Shown here: one piece after another, positions 29,815 to 39,120 of the stretch
Layout of the letters: every line of letters begins with the position of its first letter
How positions within the stretch are numbered: position 1 is the first letter of the stretch
From: an uncultured Clostridia bacterium
Lineage (GTDB): Bacteria; Bacillota; Clostridia; TANB77; CAG-508
DNA length: 64,000 nucleotides
Assembly (NCBI GenBank): GCA_944389475.1
Contig: CALXMM010000002.1
Coordinates: 19,483 to 83,482, forward strand
Reading direction: 5' to 3'
Position numbers and translations under genes: made by a program
Notes under the pieces: generated by a model
The model's database searches: none
Told to the model about the DNA's origin: nothing
What the model saw: the letters and a program-made list of their open reading frames with translations, nothing else

Positions 29815-30742
29815 AAATGAAAAAGTAGCTACAAGACAAAGTTATGGAGAGGAATTAGCTATTTTAGGAGAAAAAAATGAAAAAATAGTTGTTTTGGATG
29901 CAGATTTATCAAGTGCCACAAAAACTAATATTTTTGCTAAGAAATTTCCAAATAGATTTTTTGACATGGGAATCGCAGAACAAGATATGATGGGAACTGC
30001 TGCAGGTCTAGCAACTTGTGGAAAGATTCCTTTTGCAAGCACTTTTGCTATGTTTGCCGCAGGAAGAGCTTATGACCAAATACGAAATAGTATTTGTTAT
30101 CCAAAATTAAATGTTAAAATATGTGCAACTCATGCAGGAATAACTGTTGGAGAAGATGGGGCTACTCATCAAATGATAGAAGATATATCTTTAATGAGAA
30201 CAATTCCAAATATGAAGGTAATGTGCACATCAGATGATATACAAACAAGATGGGCTGTTAATGAAATAGCAAAAATTGATGGACCAGTATATTTAAGATT
30301 GTGTAGGTTAGCAACTCCAAAAATATATAACCAAGATGAAAAATTTGAATTTGGAAAAGGGGTTCAAATTGGAAATGGAACGGATGCAACGGTAATAGCT
30401 ACTGGAGTTACTGTGTCAGAAGCAATTGATGCTATGGAAGAATTAAAAAATAATGGAGTAAATATTAGAGTTATAGATATGCATACCATAAAGCCAATTG
30501 ACAAAGATATAATAATTAAAGCTGCTAAAGAAACAAAAAAAATAATAACAGTAGAAGACCATAATATAATTGGTGGATTAGGCTCTGCTGTTTGTGAAGT
30601 TTTAGCAGAAAATTATCCAACTAAAGTTTATAGAATGGGTATAAAAGATGTTTTCGGAAAATCTGGGAAAGCACAGGAATTATTAAAATATTTTAAAATA
30701 GATAAAACAGCGATAATGGAAGCAATTACACAGAATAAATAG
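29804..30742 (+). CDS. tktC: Transketolase, C-terminal (pyrimidine-binding) subunit
   Basis: RQSYGEEL...DADLSSATKT...HAGITVGEDGATHQ is the transketolase Pyr domain. It overlaps the tktN stop codon. Confidence 0.9.
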   Translation: MMNKNEKVATRQSYGEELAILGEKNEKIVVLDADLSSATKTNIFAKKFPNRFFDMGIAEQDMMGTAAGLATCGKIPFASTFAMFAAGRAYDQIRNSICYPKLNVKICATHAGITVGEDGATHQMIEDISLMRTIPNMKVMCTSDDIQTRWAVNEIAKIDGPVYLRLCRLATPKIYNQDEKFEFGKGVQIGNGTDATVIATGVTVSEAIDAMEELKNNGVNIRVIDMHTIKPIDKDIIIKAAKETKKIITVEDHNIIGGLGSAVCEVLAENYPTKVYRMGIKDVFGKSGKAQELLKYFKIDKTAIMEAITQNK

Positions 30743-30839
30743 TGTAAATTTTTATGTACCCTCTTGCAATAAATTGTATTTATTGTTATTATATCTTGTA
30801 GATATAAACAAAAATATATCGAATTAAGGAGCAATTGAT

Positions 30840-31520
30840 ATGATAGAATTTAGAAATGTTACCAAAAAGTATGAGACAGGCACAGTTGCATTAAAAAATG
30901 CTAATTTTATTATAGAAAAAGGAGAGTTCGCTTTCCTAGTAGGAGCTTCTGGTTCAGGAAAATCAACAATTATTAAATTAATTTTAAAAGAAGAAGATCC
31001 TACATCTGGAAACATTATAATAAATGGAAAAGATACTACATTCTTAAAACCAAATAGAATTCCATATTTAAGAAGAAGCATGGGAGTCGTATTCCAAGAC
31101 TTTAGATTATTACCAGATAAAACAGTATACGAAAATGTAGCATTTGCAATGTATATAGTAAAAGCTACACCTAGACATATTAGAAGACAGGTACCTATGG
31201 TATTATCATTGGTTGGATTAAGTGCAAAAGCAAAAATGTATCCAAACGAGTTATCAGGAGGAGAGCAACAAAGAGTAGCACTTGCTAGAGCTTTAGTTAA
31301 TAATCCTTCAATGTTAATTGCTGATGAGCCTACAGGAAACTTGGATCCAGATACTGCATGGGATATTATGACATTATTAAATGATATCAATTTAAGAGGA
31401 ACTACAGTTGTAGTTGCAACTCATGCAAAAGATATTGTAGACCAAATGAATAAGAGAGTTATTCATATTCGTAAAGGCTCAATAGTAAAAGATGATGAAA
31501 AAGGTGGGTATGAATTGTGA
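30840..31520 (+). CDS. ftsE: Cell division ATP-binding protein FtsE
   Basis: It has ABC ATPase motifs (GASGSGKST, LSGGEQQRVALARAL) and is followed by ftsX. Confidence 0.9.
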   Translation: MIEFRNVTKKYETGTVALKNANFIIEKGEFAFLVGASGSGKSTIIKLILKEEDPTSGNIIINGKDTTFLKPNRIPYLRRSMGVVFQDFRLLPDKTVYENVAFAMYIVKATPRHIRRQVPMVLSLVGLSAKAKMYPNELSGGEQQRVALARALVNNPSMLIADEPTGNLDPDTAWDIMTLLNDINLRGTTVVVATHAKDIVDQMNKRVIHIRKGSIVKDDEKGGYEL

Positions 31521-32437
31521 GATATAATGTAATAACTTATTTAATTGGGGAAGGATTTAGAAATGTTTTCAAAAATAAAAAATCAACTAGTGCTTCAATA
31601 ATAATTATGAGTCTTACTATGTTAATATTTGGTGTGTTCTTTGTAATTACAGAAAATATTAATAGCATAATGAAACAAATAGAAAGTGAACAAGGAATAG
31701 AGGTATTCTTATATGACATTTCAGAAGACCAAACAAAAGCAATAGGGGATTACATAAGAAATATAGATGGAGTAAATACTGTAGAGTATAAAACAAAAGA
31801 AGATGCTTTAAATCAATTAAAAAGTCAATTTAAGGATAGGGAAGATTTATTATCAGGATATGATGAAAACAATATTTTCCCAGCATCTTATGTTGTAACA
31901 TTAACCGATTTAACGAAGAGTGATGAAGTACAACAAAAAATAAGGGCCTATGATGATGGCAAGTCCGATTCAGAAAAGGTAATAAAGAATATAACAAGTA
32001 AAGATGAAACCGTATCAACTTTAGTTAGTTTAGCTAATGGTGTTAAAATTATAACTGGTGTAATTTTAGTAATTTTAATTTTAATATCAATATTCATAAT
32101 AGCCAATACAATAAAACTTACTGTACATGCAAGAAGAAGAGAAATATCTATAATGAAATATGTGGGAGCTACTAATAGTTTTATAAGATGGCCATTCATT
32201 GTAGAAGGTATAATTATTGGAATAATATCAGGAGCAATCTCAATAATTATTTTAGGAATAAATTATAATTTAATTGCAGGAAAGATCTTAGAATCACAAG
32301 TTGTATCAGCTATGAATATAAATTTATTAACATTTGCAGATATGTTTGGATTAATAGTTTTAGTATATACAATATTAGGAGTTGGAATTGGTGTTTTAGG
32401 AAGTTGTATTTCTATGCGTAGATATTTAAAAGTATAG
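31517..32437 (+). CDS. ftsX: Cell division permease-like protein FtsX
   Basis: It has four TM segments with a large first extracellular loop, and overlaps the ftsE stop codon. Confidence 0.85.
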   Translation: MRYNVITYLIGEGFRNVFKNKKSTSASIIIMSLTMLIFGVFFVITENINSIMKQIESEQGIEVFLYDISEDQTKAIGDYIRNIDGVNTVEYKTKEDALNQLKSQFKDREDLLSGYDENNIFPASYVVTLTDLTKSDEVQQKIRAYDDGKSDSEKVIKNITSKDETVSTLVSLANGVKIITGVILVILILISIFIIANTIKLTVHARRREISIMKYVGATNSFIRWPFIVEGIIIGIISGAISIIILGINYNLIAGKILESQVVSAMNINLLTFADMFGLIVLVYTILGVGIGVLGSCISMRRYLKV

Positions 32438-32451
32438 CAAAGGAGTATAAT

Positions 32452-33612
32452 ATGAAAAAAATTCTAAAAATATTAATGATAATAACATTATTAATATCAA
32501 CTTTTGGGTTTCAAGAGACTTTTGCGGCTGATTTGAATGACTTACAACAACAACAGTCACAAGTGCAAGCAAATCAAGACATGGCAACGACCCAACTTCA
32601 AGCCGTACAAGAAGAATTAACAACAAATTTACAGCAAATTGTAGAATTAAATAACAATATTACACAGTATGAAGCCGAAATAAATAACTATAATTCTCAA
32701 ATTGTAAGCTTACAAGATAGTATTTCAAATACAGAGCAAGAAATCCAAAAAGCTCAACAAAATTATGATAGCCAAAAGAAATTATTAGATGATAGGCTTG
32801 TAACTATGTATGAAGCGGGTTCAACGGAATATCTAGATGTGGTATTAAGTTCAAAAAATATAACCGACTTTTTATCAACATATTATTTGTTATCTATATT
32901 AACAAGTAATAATGTAGATTTTCTAGATACAATAGAAAAACAAAAACAAACAATAGAAGATGAAAAGAAAAAATTAGAAGAACAAAAACAGCAAATCGAT
33001 ACAGCAAAACAAGAAAAAGAAAAAGCTTCAATTATATTGCAAAATACAAAAGTTATGAAGGATACATATACATCACAGTTAACAGACCAAGAAAAACAAA
33101 TACAATCAGAAATTGATGCATATCAAACACAATTAAATCAAATAGAATCAGAGATTCAATCAATAACAGCAAATAACTTAATATTAAATCCAAATTACAT
33201 TGGAGGAGAAATGCTATGGCCATTGCCAGGGTATACAAAATTAAGTTCAACATTTAAGATGAGAGTTCATCCAATAACCGGTGTATATAAATTACACACA
33301 GGAATTGATATACCAGCACCTATAGGAACGAATTTCTTGGCAGCAAATGATGGTGTTGTAGTAAAAGCAGAATATAATACAGCATATGGTAACATGGTTA
33401 TGATAGACCATGGAGGAGGAGTATCTACATTATATGCACATGGAAGTAAAATAATGGTAAGTGTAGGACAACAAGTAAAAAAAGGAGATGTGGTTTTGCT
33501 AGTTGGTGAAACAGGTTATGCAACAGGACCACATGGACATTTCGAGGTAAGAATAAATGGTTCACCAGTGGATCCATTACCATATGTAACTAATCAAAAT
33601 GGAGTAAATTAA
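32452..33612 (+). CDS. Coiled-coil M23 (LytM) peptidase, EnvC/PcsB-like
   Basis: It has a signal peptide, a Q-rich coiled coil, and the M23 motifs HTGIDI and GPHGHFEV. Confidence 0.8.
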   Translation: MKKILKILMIITLLISTFGFQETFAADLNDLQQQQSQVQANQDMATTQLQAVQEELTTNLQQIVELNNNITQYEAEINNYNSQIVSLQDSISNTEQEIQKAQQNYDSQKKLLDDRLVTMYEAGSTEYLDVVLSSKNITDFLSTYYLLSILTSNNVDFLDTIEKQKQTIEDEKKKLEEQKQQIDTAKQEKEKASIILQNTKVMKDTYTSQLTDQEKQIQSEIDAYQTQLNQIESEIQSITANNLILNPNYIGGEMLWPLPGYTKLSSTFKMRVHPITGVYKLHTGIDIPAPIGTNFLAANDGVVVKAEYNTAYGNMVMIDHGGGVSTLYAHGSKIMVSVGQQVKKGDVVLLVGETGYATGPHGHFEVRINGSPVDPLPYVTNQNGVN

Positions 33613-33634
33613 CTTAAAAAACGGAGGATAAAAA

Positions 33635-34798
33635 ATGAAAAAAATATGCTTAAAAATTTTAATAACATTATTAGCAATAGTTGTAATATTTAGTTCATTA
33701 TCAATAACATATGCTGCTTCAAATATAAGCAGTGAAAAAAGCGAATTAAATCAAAAAATAAAAGAAACAAAAGAAGATTTAAATGAAGTTAATAGTCAAA
33801 AGAAAGAATCACAAAATAAAGTTAATGATTTATCAAATCAAATATCTTCATATGAAACACAAATTAATTCTTTAAAAAGTGAAATTGAAACCAAAACCAA
33901 TGAAGTAAATGAAATGCAAAAAAAATTAGATAAACTAGAGGAAGAAAGAGAAAAGAATCAAAAATTATTGGATGAAAGATTAGTTACATTATATGAATCT
34001 GGAGAAGTTTCATATATGGATGTATTATTATCTTCTGCTGATATAACAGAGTTTATATCTAATTATTATATGATAGAAACATTAACAGCAGCAGATAAAG
34101 AATTAATACAAAACTTAGAAAATGAAAAGAATGAAATAGCAGATACTCAAACAAAATTAAATGCTAGCTTGGAAGAAATTGAATCTAAAAAAACTCAATT
34201 AGAATCTGTACAATCAGAATTAAGTAAGGCTAAGAATGAAGAACAAAAAAAGGTTGACAATTTAACTCAACAATCAGAAGATTTGGAAGAAAATGTCGAA
34301 GAATATGAAAAACAAATGAAAGAGCTTGATAAGAAAGAACAAGAACAAGAAGCACAATTAAAATCAAAAATTCAAGCAGCTCAATCAGCAGCAGCATCTT
34401 CAGGAACAAGTTCTTCTGGATTTATAAGACCAGTTAAAACTGGAAGTATTACAGCAACAATGTATTATTCAAGCGGAAAATATCATGGAGCAGTAGATTT
34501 TGGTGTACCAGTTGGAACACCAGTATATGCAGCAGCTGATGGTGTTGTAGTTACAGCAACTTGGGGTGGTTCAGACAGCTATGGATACTATGTAAAAATT
34601 AAGCATTACAATGGATTATATACTTTATATGCACATGCATCTTCTTTAGTTGTAAGTGCAGGACAAGTAGTAAAACAAGGACAGTTAATAATGTATTCTG
34701 GAAATACAGGAAACTCAACGGGTCCACATTGTCATTTCGAAGTAAGAGTATCTCCTGGAGGATATAGTAATAGAGTTAATCCATTAAATTATTTATAA
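33635..34798 (+). CDS. Coiled-coil M23 (LytM) peptidase, a tandem paralog
   Basis: It has a signal peptide, a coiled coil, and the M23 motifs HGAVDFG and GPHCHFEV. Confidence 0.8.
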   Translation: MKKICLKILITLLAIVVIFSSLSITYAASNISSEKSELNQKIKETKEDLNEVNSQKKESQNKVNDLSNQISSYETQINSLKSEIETKTNEVNEMQKKLDKLEEEREKNQKLLDERLVTLYESGEVSYMDVLLSSADITEFISNYYMIETLTAADKELIQNLENEKNEIADTQTKLNASLEEIESKKTQLESVQSELSKAKNEEQKKVDNLTQQSEDLEENVEEYEKQMKELDKKEQEQEAQLKSKIQAAQSAAASSGTSSSGFIRPVKTGSITATMYYSSGKYHGAVDFGVPVGTPVYAAADGVVVTATWGGSDSYGYYVKIKHYNGLYTLYAHASSLVVSAGQVVKQGQLIMYSGNTGNSTGPHCHFEVRVSPGGYSNRVNPLNYL

Positions 34799-34804
34799 AA
34801 AATA

Positions 34805-34848
34805 GGGATTTTAGGTTTATACCTAAAATTCCTATTTTTTGTTGTATA
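34805..34848 (+). terminator. Rho-independent terminator
   Basis: The stem ggattttaggt...acctaaaattcc is followed by TATTTTTTG. Confidence 0.65.
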
Positions 34849-34900
34849 GGAAAATCGAAAATTTTGACCATATAAAAATGAATAAAAACCGTTAATTTCT

Positions 34901-35596
34901 TTGGGAAATGTTTCATTTGCAATAGTACCAAAAACAACTGAATTCTATGTTAATGATTCAGCAAACTTATTATCTAATGATACAGAAAAATATATAATTA
35001 ATATGAATAAAGCATTAGAGGATAAAACTGGAGCACAAATTGTGGTAGTAACTGTAAAGAATTTAGAAGGTAAATCCATAGAAGATTATGCAACTGAATT
35101 ATTTAGAGATTATGGTATTGGAAATAAAGAGAAAAATAATGGAGTTCTATTATTATGTGCCTATCAAGAAAGACAATTTAGAATAGAAGTAGGCTATGGA
35201 TTAGAGGGAATACTAACTGATGGTAAGACAGGGAGAATTCAAGATAATTATATAATTCCATATTTAAGTCAAAATAATTTTAATGATGGAATAAAGAATG
35301 GATTTAATGCTGTATTACAAGAAGTGGAAAGTGAATATGGAATTACGATAGATGGTGCACAGGAAGGAAATATTGTAGGAACAAGTACAACTGCTAAAAC
35401 TGTTAATAGTTTGATACCACATGTGATTTTATTTATATTTTTTATTTTACTTATGTTTTTCTCTGCCAGACATGGATTCTTCTTCATTGGAGGAATTGGA
35501 ACCGGAAGAGGAGGCTTTGGAGGGGGATCTTTTGGTGGAGGCTCATTTGGAGGTGGAGGTTTATCCGGGGGAGGAGGTTCTTCAAGAAGGTTTTAA
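34901..35596 (+). CDS. TPM-domain (YgcG-like) protein with a C-terminal TM segment and a Gly-rich tail, and an apparent TTG start
   Basis: The TPM core reads VVVTVKNLEGKSIEDYA...GVLLLCAYQERQFRIEVGYGLE. The tail is GGFGGGSFGGGSFGGGG. There is no in-frame ATG or signal peptide. Confidence 0.6.
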   Translation: MGNVSFAIVPKTTEFYVNDSANLLSNDTEKYIINMNKALEDKTGAQIVVVTVKNLEGKSIEDYATELFRDYGIGNKEKNNGVLLLCAYQERQFRIEVGYGLEGILTDGKTGRIQDNYIIPYLSQNNFNDGIKNGFNAVLQEVESEYGITIDGAQEGNIVGTSTTAKTVNSLIPHVILFIFFILLMFFSARHGFFFIGGIGTGRGGFGGGSFGGGSFGGGGLSGGGGSSRRF

Positions 35597-35619
35597 AATT
35601 TAATTTAAAAAAATGGTAT

Positions 35620-35660
35620 TAATGATTTTCATTAATACCATTTTTAGGTATTTAGTTATT
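35620..35660. terminator. Bidirectional terminator
   Basis: A perfect 13-bp stem, atggtattaatga/tcattaataccat, is flanked by an A-run and a T-run. Confidence 0.7.
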
Positions 35661-35837
35661 ATATAAATTTTTTTCATATAAATCTTCAATACGTACATCT
35701 TTTTCTTCAAAATTATCAATAAATCCAACTTTAGCAATATCATTATTAACTTCTTGAATCCACACAGGTCTTTCATTATAAAAAATATCAACTTTTTGCT
35801 TATTTCTTAAAATTTCATGTATTTGCGAAGCTTTCAT
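35652..35837 (-). CDS. sspH: Small acid-soluble spore protein, SspH family
   Basis: ERPVWIQEVNNDIAKVGFIDN aligns with B. subtilis SspH (GVPVYIQHVDEQNETARIFPLDN). The protein is about 61 aa from the internal Met. Confidence 0.65.
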   Translation of the reverse strand: MKASQIHEILRNKQKVDIFYNERPVWIQEVNNDIAKVGFIDNFEEKDVRIEDLYEKNLYNN

Positions 35838-35956
35838 AAAAATCATCTCCTTATATAACTTGTACTAATAATATATCCAAAATATAGAAAAATATGCCAA
35901 TAAAAATTAATAAAAAGGGAAAATCCCTATGATGTAATAACATCATAAGGATTTCC

Positions 35957-36169
35957 CTACCAGAACCAAATTGTAAATAGTAAGAAAAATATAATCTTAC
36001 CAATTAATATAATGGTTCCTTGTCGTTCCGTGTGCTCTTCTGGTTTAAACAGCTTATTAAAAAACCAATTAAGGAGTAATAAAACCAGTCCATAAATGGC
36101 AAACCAAAAAGCAATGTCTCCCAGTCCAAAGATAAGAGCAAGAATCAACAAAATAATGAAAAACCACAT
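35957..36169 (-). CDS. Small hydrophobic membrane protein (hypothetical)
   Basis: A 70-aa product with two predicted TM helices. The evidence is weak. Confidence 0.3.
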   Translation of the reverse strand: MWFFIILLILALIFGLGDIAFWFAIYGLVLLLLNWFFNKLFKPEEHTERQGTIILIGKIIFFLLFTIWFW

Positions 36170-36366
36170 TTTAAGCTCCTTTCAAAAGCCAATAAACATA
36201 TTGTAGTGGGTTCATTTATTTTGATTTATTCAACAAATAATATAATTATATTATACCATATTATTTTACATAATTCAAAAAATATATATTTAGAGATAGA
36301 AAATAGAACAAAAAAAGAGTATCAAGTAAATTCATAAAATACTTGATACTCTAAATAATTTTGAAT

Positions 36367-36441
36367 TGGTGACCCGTACGGGAATCGAACCCATGATTCA
36401 GCCTTGAGAGGGCTGCGTCTTAACCGCTTGACCAACGGGCC
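36367..36441 (-). tRNA. tRNA-Glu (anticodon CUC)
   Basis: The reverse complement reads ggcccgt-tg-gtc-aagcggttaa-gac-g-cagcc-cuCUCaa-ggctg-aatc-atggg-ttcgatt-cccgt-acgggtc-a-cca. It is nearly identical to B. subtilis tRNA-Glu except that anticodon position 34 is C. Confidence 0.85.
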
Positions 36442-36513
36442 AATAACAAACCTAATTATTTATATCATAAAAAAAAGATTAAGTCAATAGAAACAAAATT
36501 TCGCAAAAATCTA

Positions 36514-36541
36514 TTGACAAAATATAAAAATAATATATAAT
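36514..36541 (+). promoter_or_regulatory. Sigma-A-like promoter for tlyA (TTGACA-16-TATAAT)
   Basis: The consensus hexamers are seen directly in the sequence. Confidence 0.5.
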
Positions 36542-36576
36542 AATAAGCGAACAAAAGTTTTAAAGAGTGAGGAAAA

Positions 36577-37392
36577 ATGGTAGAGGAAAAAGATAGATTA
36601 GATGTTGTTTTAGTAAACAGAAAATTCTTTCAGACTAGGCAAAAAGCTAAGTATGAAATAGAAAATGGAAACATATATGTAAATGGTAAACAAGTTACTA
36701 AATCAAGTAAAATTATAGATTATAATGATGAAATAGAGGTAAAAGGAGCTACATTAAAATATGTAAGTAGAGGTGGCTTAAAACTAGAAAAAGCAATAAA
36801 TACATTTGAAATTGTATTAAAAAATAAAATTTGTGCAGATATTGGTGCATCAACAGGTGGTTTTACAGATTGTATGTTAAAAAATGGGGCTCAGAAGGTA
36901 TATGCAATAGATGTTGGACATTCTCAATTAGCAGATACATTAAAAGAAGATAAAAGGGTGGTTAATTTAGAAGGAACAAACATAAGAGATTTAGACACAA
37001 ATAGTATGGAAAAATTAGATTTTATTAGTTCAGATGTTTCTTTTATATCAGAAACACATGTACTTCCTAAAATATATGAGCTATTAAAAATAAAGGGAAG
37101 AGCAGTAGTATTAATAAAACCACAATTCGAAGCAGGAAGTCAAAATTTAAATAAAAATGGAGTTGTTAAAAATATTAGAGTTCATCAAAAGGTTATTCAA
37201 AATATAGTAATTTTTGCTAATAAATTAGGATTTCGAATTATAGATGTAACATTTTCTCCTATTAAAGGACCTGCAGGTAATATAGAATATTTGTTATATA
37301 TAGAAAAAAATGAAAATAACTTGTTAGATTTATACAAAATGAAAAACAATGCGGTAGAGATTACTACTGAAGCATTTAAAAAATTAAAATAA
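36577..37392 (+). CDS. tlyA: TlyA-family rRNA 2'-O-methyltransferase (hemolysin A-like) with an N-terminal S4 domain
   Basis: It has an S4 domain (RLDVVLVNRKFFQTRQKAKYEIENGNIYVNGK) and an FtsJ-like methyltransferase motif (IGASTGGFTDC). Confidence 0.85.
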   Translation: MVEEKDRLDVVLVNRKFFQTRQKAKYEIENGNIYVNGKQVTKSSKIIDYNDEIEVKGATLKYVSRGGLKLEKAINTFEIVLKNKICADIGASTGGFTDCMLKNGAQKVYAIDVGHSQLADTLKEDKRVVNLEGTNIRDLDTNSMEKLDFISSDVSFISETHVLPKIYELLKIKGRAVVLIKPQFEAGSQNLNKNGVVKNIRVHQKVIQNIVIFANKLGFRIIDVTFSPIKGPAGNIEYLLYIEKNENNLLDLYKMKNNAVEITTEAFKKLK

Positions 37393-37404
37393 AGAGGTGT
37401 GCTT

Positions 37405-39024
37405 ATGATATCTACATTGCATATAAAAAATATAGGAATTATTGATGAAATCACAATAGATTTTTCTAAGGGATTTAATATTTTAACTGGAGAGACTGGA
37501 GCTGGAAAAACTTTAATAATTGGTGCATTGGGAATAGTAGCTGGCGGAAGATTTTCTAAAGAAATGATTAGAAAAGGTGAAAATCATTCATTTGTAGAAA
37601 TAAGTATATATTTACCAAATCATCCAAGTGCTATAGATGGAAATATTATAATATCTAGAGAAATTTTTGATAATGGAAGAAATACTTGTAAAATAAATGG
37701 AAGATTAGTAACTGTAACAGAATTAAAGGAATTTATGAACAACATTATAAATATACATGGCCAAAATGATAATCAAAATTTATTAAATAAAGAAAATCAT
37801 ATAAAATATTTGGATAAATTCTTAGGTAATGAATTTTTGAAACAAAAATCTAAATATGTAGAATTATACAATAAATATGTAGATATAAATAAACAACTAA
37901 AGGAAAACTATGGAGATGAAAAAGAAAAGCAACGTAAGTTGGATTTATTGTATTACCAAGTAAATGAAATAAAAAATGCTAATTTAAAAATAAATGAAGA
38001 TGAAGAGTTAGAAGATAAAAGAAATTTAATAGTTAATGCAGAGAAAATATCTAAGAGTTTGCAAGAAGCAGATATACAAATAAATGAGAATGCTTTAAAT
38101 TCAATAAGTATAGCAATAAGAAATTTAGAAAGAATAGAAGATATTAATGTTAAATACCAAAAAACTTTAAGTTCTTTAAAAAGTAATTATTACGATTTAC
38201 AAGAAATAGGGATAGATTTAAATCATTTTAATTCTGATACAAATTTCGAAGAATCAGAAAGAGATGAAATAGAAAATAGAATAGATGAAATAAATGATTT
38301 AAAGAGAAAATATGGAAACACTATAGAAGAAATATTAAATTATAAAGAAGAGGTAGAAGAAGAGATAGAAAAAATAGAAAACTCAGAAGAAAAAAATCAG
38401 CAATTGAAACAGGAATTAGAAAAATTAACAAAGGAATTAAAAAAACTAGCAGATAATTTACATACAATAAGGGAAAAAAATAGTAGTGATTTGGAAATAA
38501 AAATAAATAAAGAACTTTCAGATTTAGAGATGCCTGGTGCTAAATTTAAAGTAGATATAAAAAACACTAATTTTAATAAAGATGGTACTGATGAAATCGA
38601 GTTCATGATTACGACTAATAAGGGAGAAGACTTTAAGCCATTAATAAAAACAGCCTCAGGAGGAGAAATGTCTCGAATAATGTTAGCAATTAAAACAGTT
38701 TTGTCAGATGTTGATGAGGTACCTATTTTAATATTTGATGAAATAGACACAGGAATAAGCGGAAAAGCTGGTAATGCAGTTGGAGAAAAACTAAAGACTA
38801 TTTCTAAAAAACATCAAGTTATTATAGTAACACATTTAGCAAGTATAGCAGCAAAAGGAGATTCAAATTATTATATTTATAAAGAAGTTGAAGGCAATTC
38901 TACCAAAACAAAAGTAAAGAATTTAAATGAACAAGAAGTGATAGAAGAGATAGCAAGAATTTCAAGTGGCATTGTTTCAGAGATTTCTTTAAAACATGCA
39001 ATGGAACTAAGAGCAGCAGTTTAA
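37405..39024 (+). CDS. recN: DNA repair protein RecN
   Basis: It has an N-terminal Walker A (GETGAGKT), an SMC-like coiled coil, and a C-terminal signature/Walker B segment (SGGEMSRIMLAIK...ILIFDEIDTGISG). Confidence 0.9.
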   Translation: MISTLHIKNIGIIDEITIDFSKGFNILTGETGAGKTLIIGALGIVAGGRFSKEMIRKGENHSFVEISIYLPNHPSAIDGNIIISREIFDNGRNTCKINGRLVTVTELKEFMNNIINIHGQNDNQNLLNKENHIKYLDKFLGNEFLKQKSKYVELYNKYVDINKQLKENYGDEKEKQRKLDLLYYQVNEIKNANLKINEDEELEDKRNLIVNAEKISKSLQEADIQINENALNSISIAIRNLERIEDINVKYQKTLSSLKSNYYDLQEIGIDLNHFNSDTNFEESERDEIENRIDEINDLKRKYGNTIEEILNYKEEVEEEIEKIENSEEKNQQLKQELEKLTKELKKLADNLHTIREKNSSDLEIKINKELSDLEMPGAKFKVDIKNTNFNKDGTDEIEFMITTNKGEDFKPLIKTASGGEMSRIMLAIKTVLSDVDEVPILIFDEIDTGISGKAGNAVGEKLKTISKKHQVIIVTHLASIAAKGDSNYYIYKEVEGNSTKTKVKNLNEQEVIEEIARISSGIVSEISLKHAMELRAAV

Positions 39025-39120
39025 AATTGAATGCTAGAATCCTTATTTTTACAAAAGAAGTTAAATAATAAGAAATTCTTGTATTTATTAATACAAGAAT
39101 TTCTATTAAATACCATAAAT

